NCBI RefSeq assembly: GCF_041146345.1
Contig: NW_027191411.1
Span: forward strand, 1,240,001-1,304,000
Direction: 5' to 3'
DNA length: 64,000 nucleotides
DNA from: Neodothiora populina
Lineage: Eukaryota
Below, piece after piece: positions 62,536 to 64,000 of the stretch. Under the pieces are notes generated by a model. It ran no database searches. It was not told the origin of the DNA and saw only the letters and a program-made list of their open reading frames with translations. The stretch's first letter is position 1; the number at the start of each line of letters is the position of its first letter. A program made the translations under genes and the position numbers.

Positions 62536-63192
62536 GTTTATAGCTTGTTATGTCAGATAGGCCGTGACGATGTCTTCCAGCTTCAGCACAAAAAGGATGG
62601 TAGGCCGAGACGAGATATGTTTGCAATCGGATATTTCAGGACTATGTGACCGTGAAGTAAAAGTCTTGATGTGATGATTCAAGAGCTGTGGAAAAATGAT
62701 GTCCTTCCTCCACGTGAAGTAGGGCGGTTTCTGATGTGAAAATGTTATATTTGACGATGTCCGAGGTTAAAAGGACAAAGTTCCCTGTTCTTCAATACTG
62801 ATGGGAAAGGCAAGAGCAGAGTAGCTGTATATATTGTCAATGCTCGGACGCAAGGAATCGTAGATGCTGTCGATAGGTAAAGTGAGGTAAGGTACAAAGG
62901 ACAATTGTTACAAGACCCTGGTGTGCTCAGCGCGTCAAGTTACAGCAGGTTGTTACACGAACTTAGCATGCGCGATCTGTGCCTAAACAATTGCATCTTG
63001 CAGTACTTTACTTCTAGAGCTCGGTCCACTTTGCGGAGAAAGGTGAACCTCCGATCCAGCATCACAGAGTACAGCACTAATTATTGTATACACTACTACT
63101 GTGCTGCAGGTGCTTTACTTGAGTACAAATTAACAGAAACTTCGACTACAACCTCGCAATCCAACAAATCATTTGTGTTGATCGCAAGCAAT

Positions 63193-64000
63193 ATGGATGA
63201 AGAAGATGATGATTTCTACGCGCCAAATGGCGATGGCCACGGAGAAGCAAATGTGAAGGCCGAAGACGCCAATGCCGACACGTCAATGCGCGATCAATAC
63301 TCGAATGCACGACACCCGCAAGAGAACGATGGGGACGAGGAAGAACGAGGGGATGATGAGGGCGATGATGACGACGACGACGACGAAGAAGACGACGATG
63401 ATAGCGTAGGCAATTCTAGGCAATCGAGATGGCAACATGTGTAGATACTGAGATATCAATGCAAAGGACATCGACATTATTACTGAGCGTCAAGATGGTG
63501 CTGCACCTGAGCCCCCGTCGTATGCCACATCCAATCAACCTTCTATCGCTCTTCGTCCCTCTTACTGATCATCCCGTTTAGACAAGCGCGTGCCTTCCGT
63601 GCGCCGAAGCCAGACCTTCCTCGAACCGCGTCAGTCGACACCTCCGCCCCTGCGACCAAATCTCACCAGCCCACCACTACGTCCAAAGCAGATCCTTCTC
63701 CCGCTCCCCAGAGCAACAGAGTCGCTGTTTCTCTCAAGGACGGCTCTACATACCCAGCCATCCACTCTTCTAACATCCAGATCGACTCCAATCCCATCTG
63801 GACGCCTGCCGGCAAGCTGATCACTGAAGTTGATATTGATGCCGGTGTGTGACTGTTTGCAAACTCTACTAAGATGCCATTTCTGACGTCTTCCAGATCT
63901 TGCTGGGCATACGAAACCATGGCGACTTCCCGGTACCGATCAGACAGGTGAGTCTATGCTGCTTCAGCGTCATTCTCCTTCGCGCCGCTCACACTAAAGC
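63193..64000 (+). CDS. FIP1: Pre-mRNA polyadenylation factor Fip1 (3'-partial)
   Basis: Exons 63193-63405, 63467-63519, 63582-63844, 63897-63947, then an intron running off the window. Acidic N-terminus, SDIDIITE and the Fip1 motif EVDIDADL..KPWRLPGTDQT. Confidence 0.88.

Noticed and set aside
16580..64000. Apparent enrichment of RNA-processing genes (UPF3, YRA1, FAM50, METTL4-like, ESF2, NUP49, FIP1) as a functional cluster
   Set aside because: They are interspersed with unrelated housekeeping genes, I saw no shared motif, and the pattern is compatible with an ordinary core chromosome region.

Overview
This is a gene-dense, intron-containing region of a filamentous ascomycete genome (Pezizomycotina; Dothideomycete-like is my inference), made up mostly of housekeeping genes. 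About 24 protein-coding genes could be built by hand from GT(GC)-AG introns with CTRAC branch points. In order they are: a 5'-partial Ser/Thr-rich cell-surface protein, the SIN scaffold Cdc11/Nud1-like LRR protein, a low-complexity conserved hypothetical, an S53 sedolisin/aorsin protease, UPF3, SIT4 (PP6), YRA1, VPS24, SBA1/p23, a TTC1-like TPR protein, FAM50/XAP5, LEU5, a METTL4-like MT-A70 methyltransferase, a small Ser-rich protein, a large WD40 protein, a HAD phosphatase, HEI10, ESF2, ATP25, peroxisomal Lon, EGT1, a TPR-like hypothetical, NUP49 and a 3'-partial FIP1. A Pol III SRP RNA gene that the ORF track cannot show lies at about 44800-45072. I saw no transposon, tRNA, rRNA or secondary-metabolite cluster. 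The most interesting signals are at the RNA level: (1) a 960-nt YRA1 intron holding a second, perfect TACTAAC branch point in a hairpin loop that would feed a premature-stop acceptor; (2) a spliced upstream exon that would add a mitochondrial-presequence-like extension to p23; (3) a poly-Ala uORF in front of UPF3; (4) an ATP25 lacking its C-terminal half. Family assignments come from recognising motifs, not from database searches.
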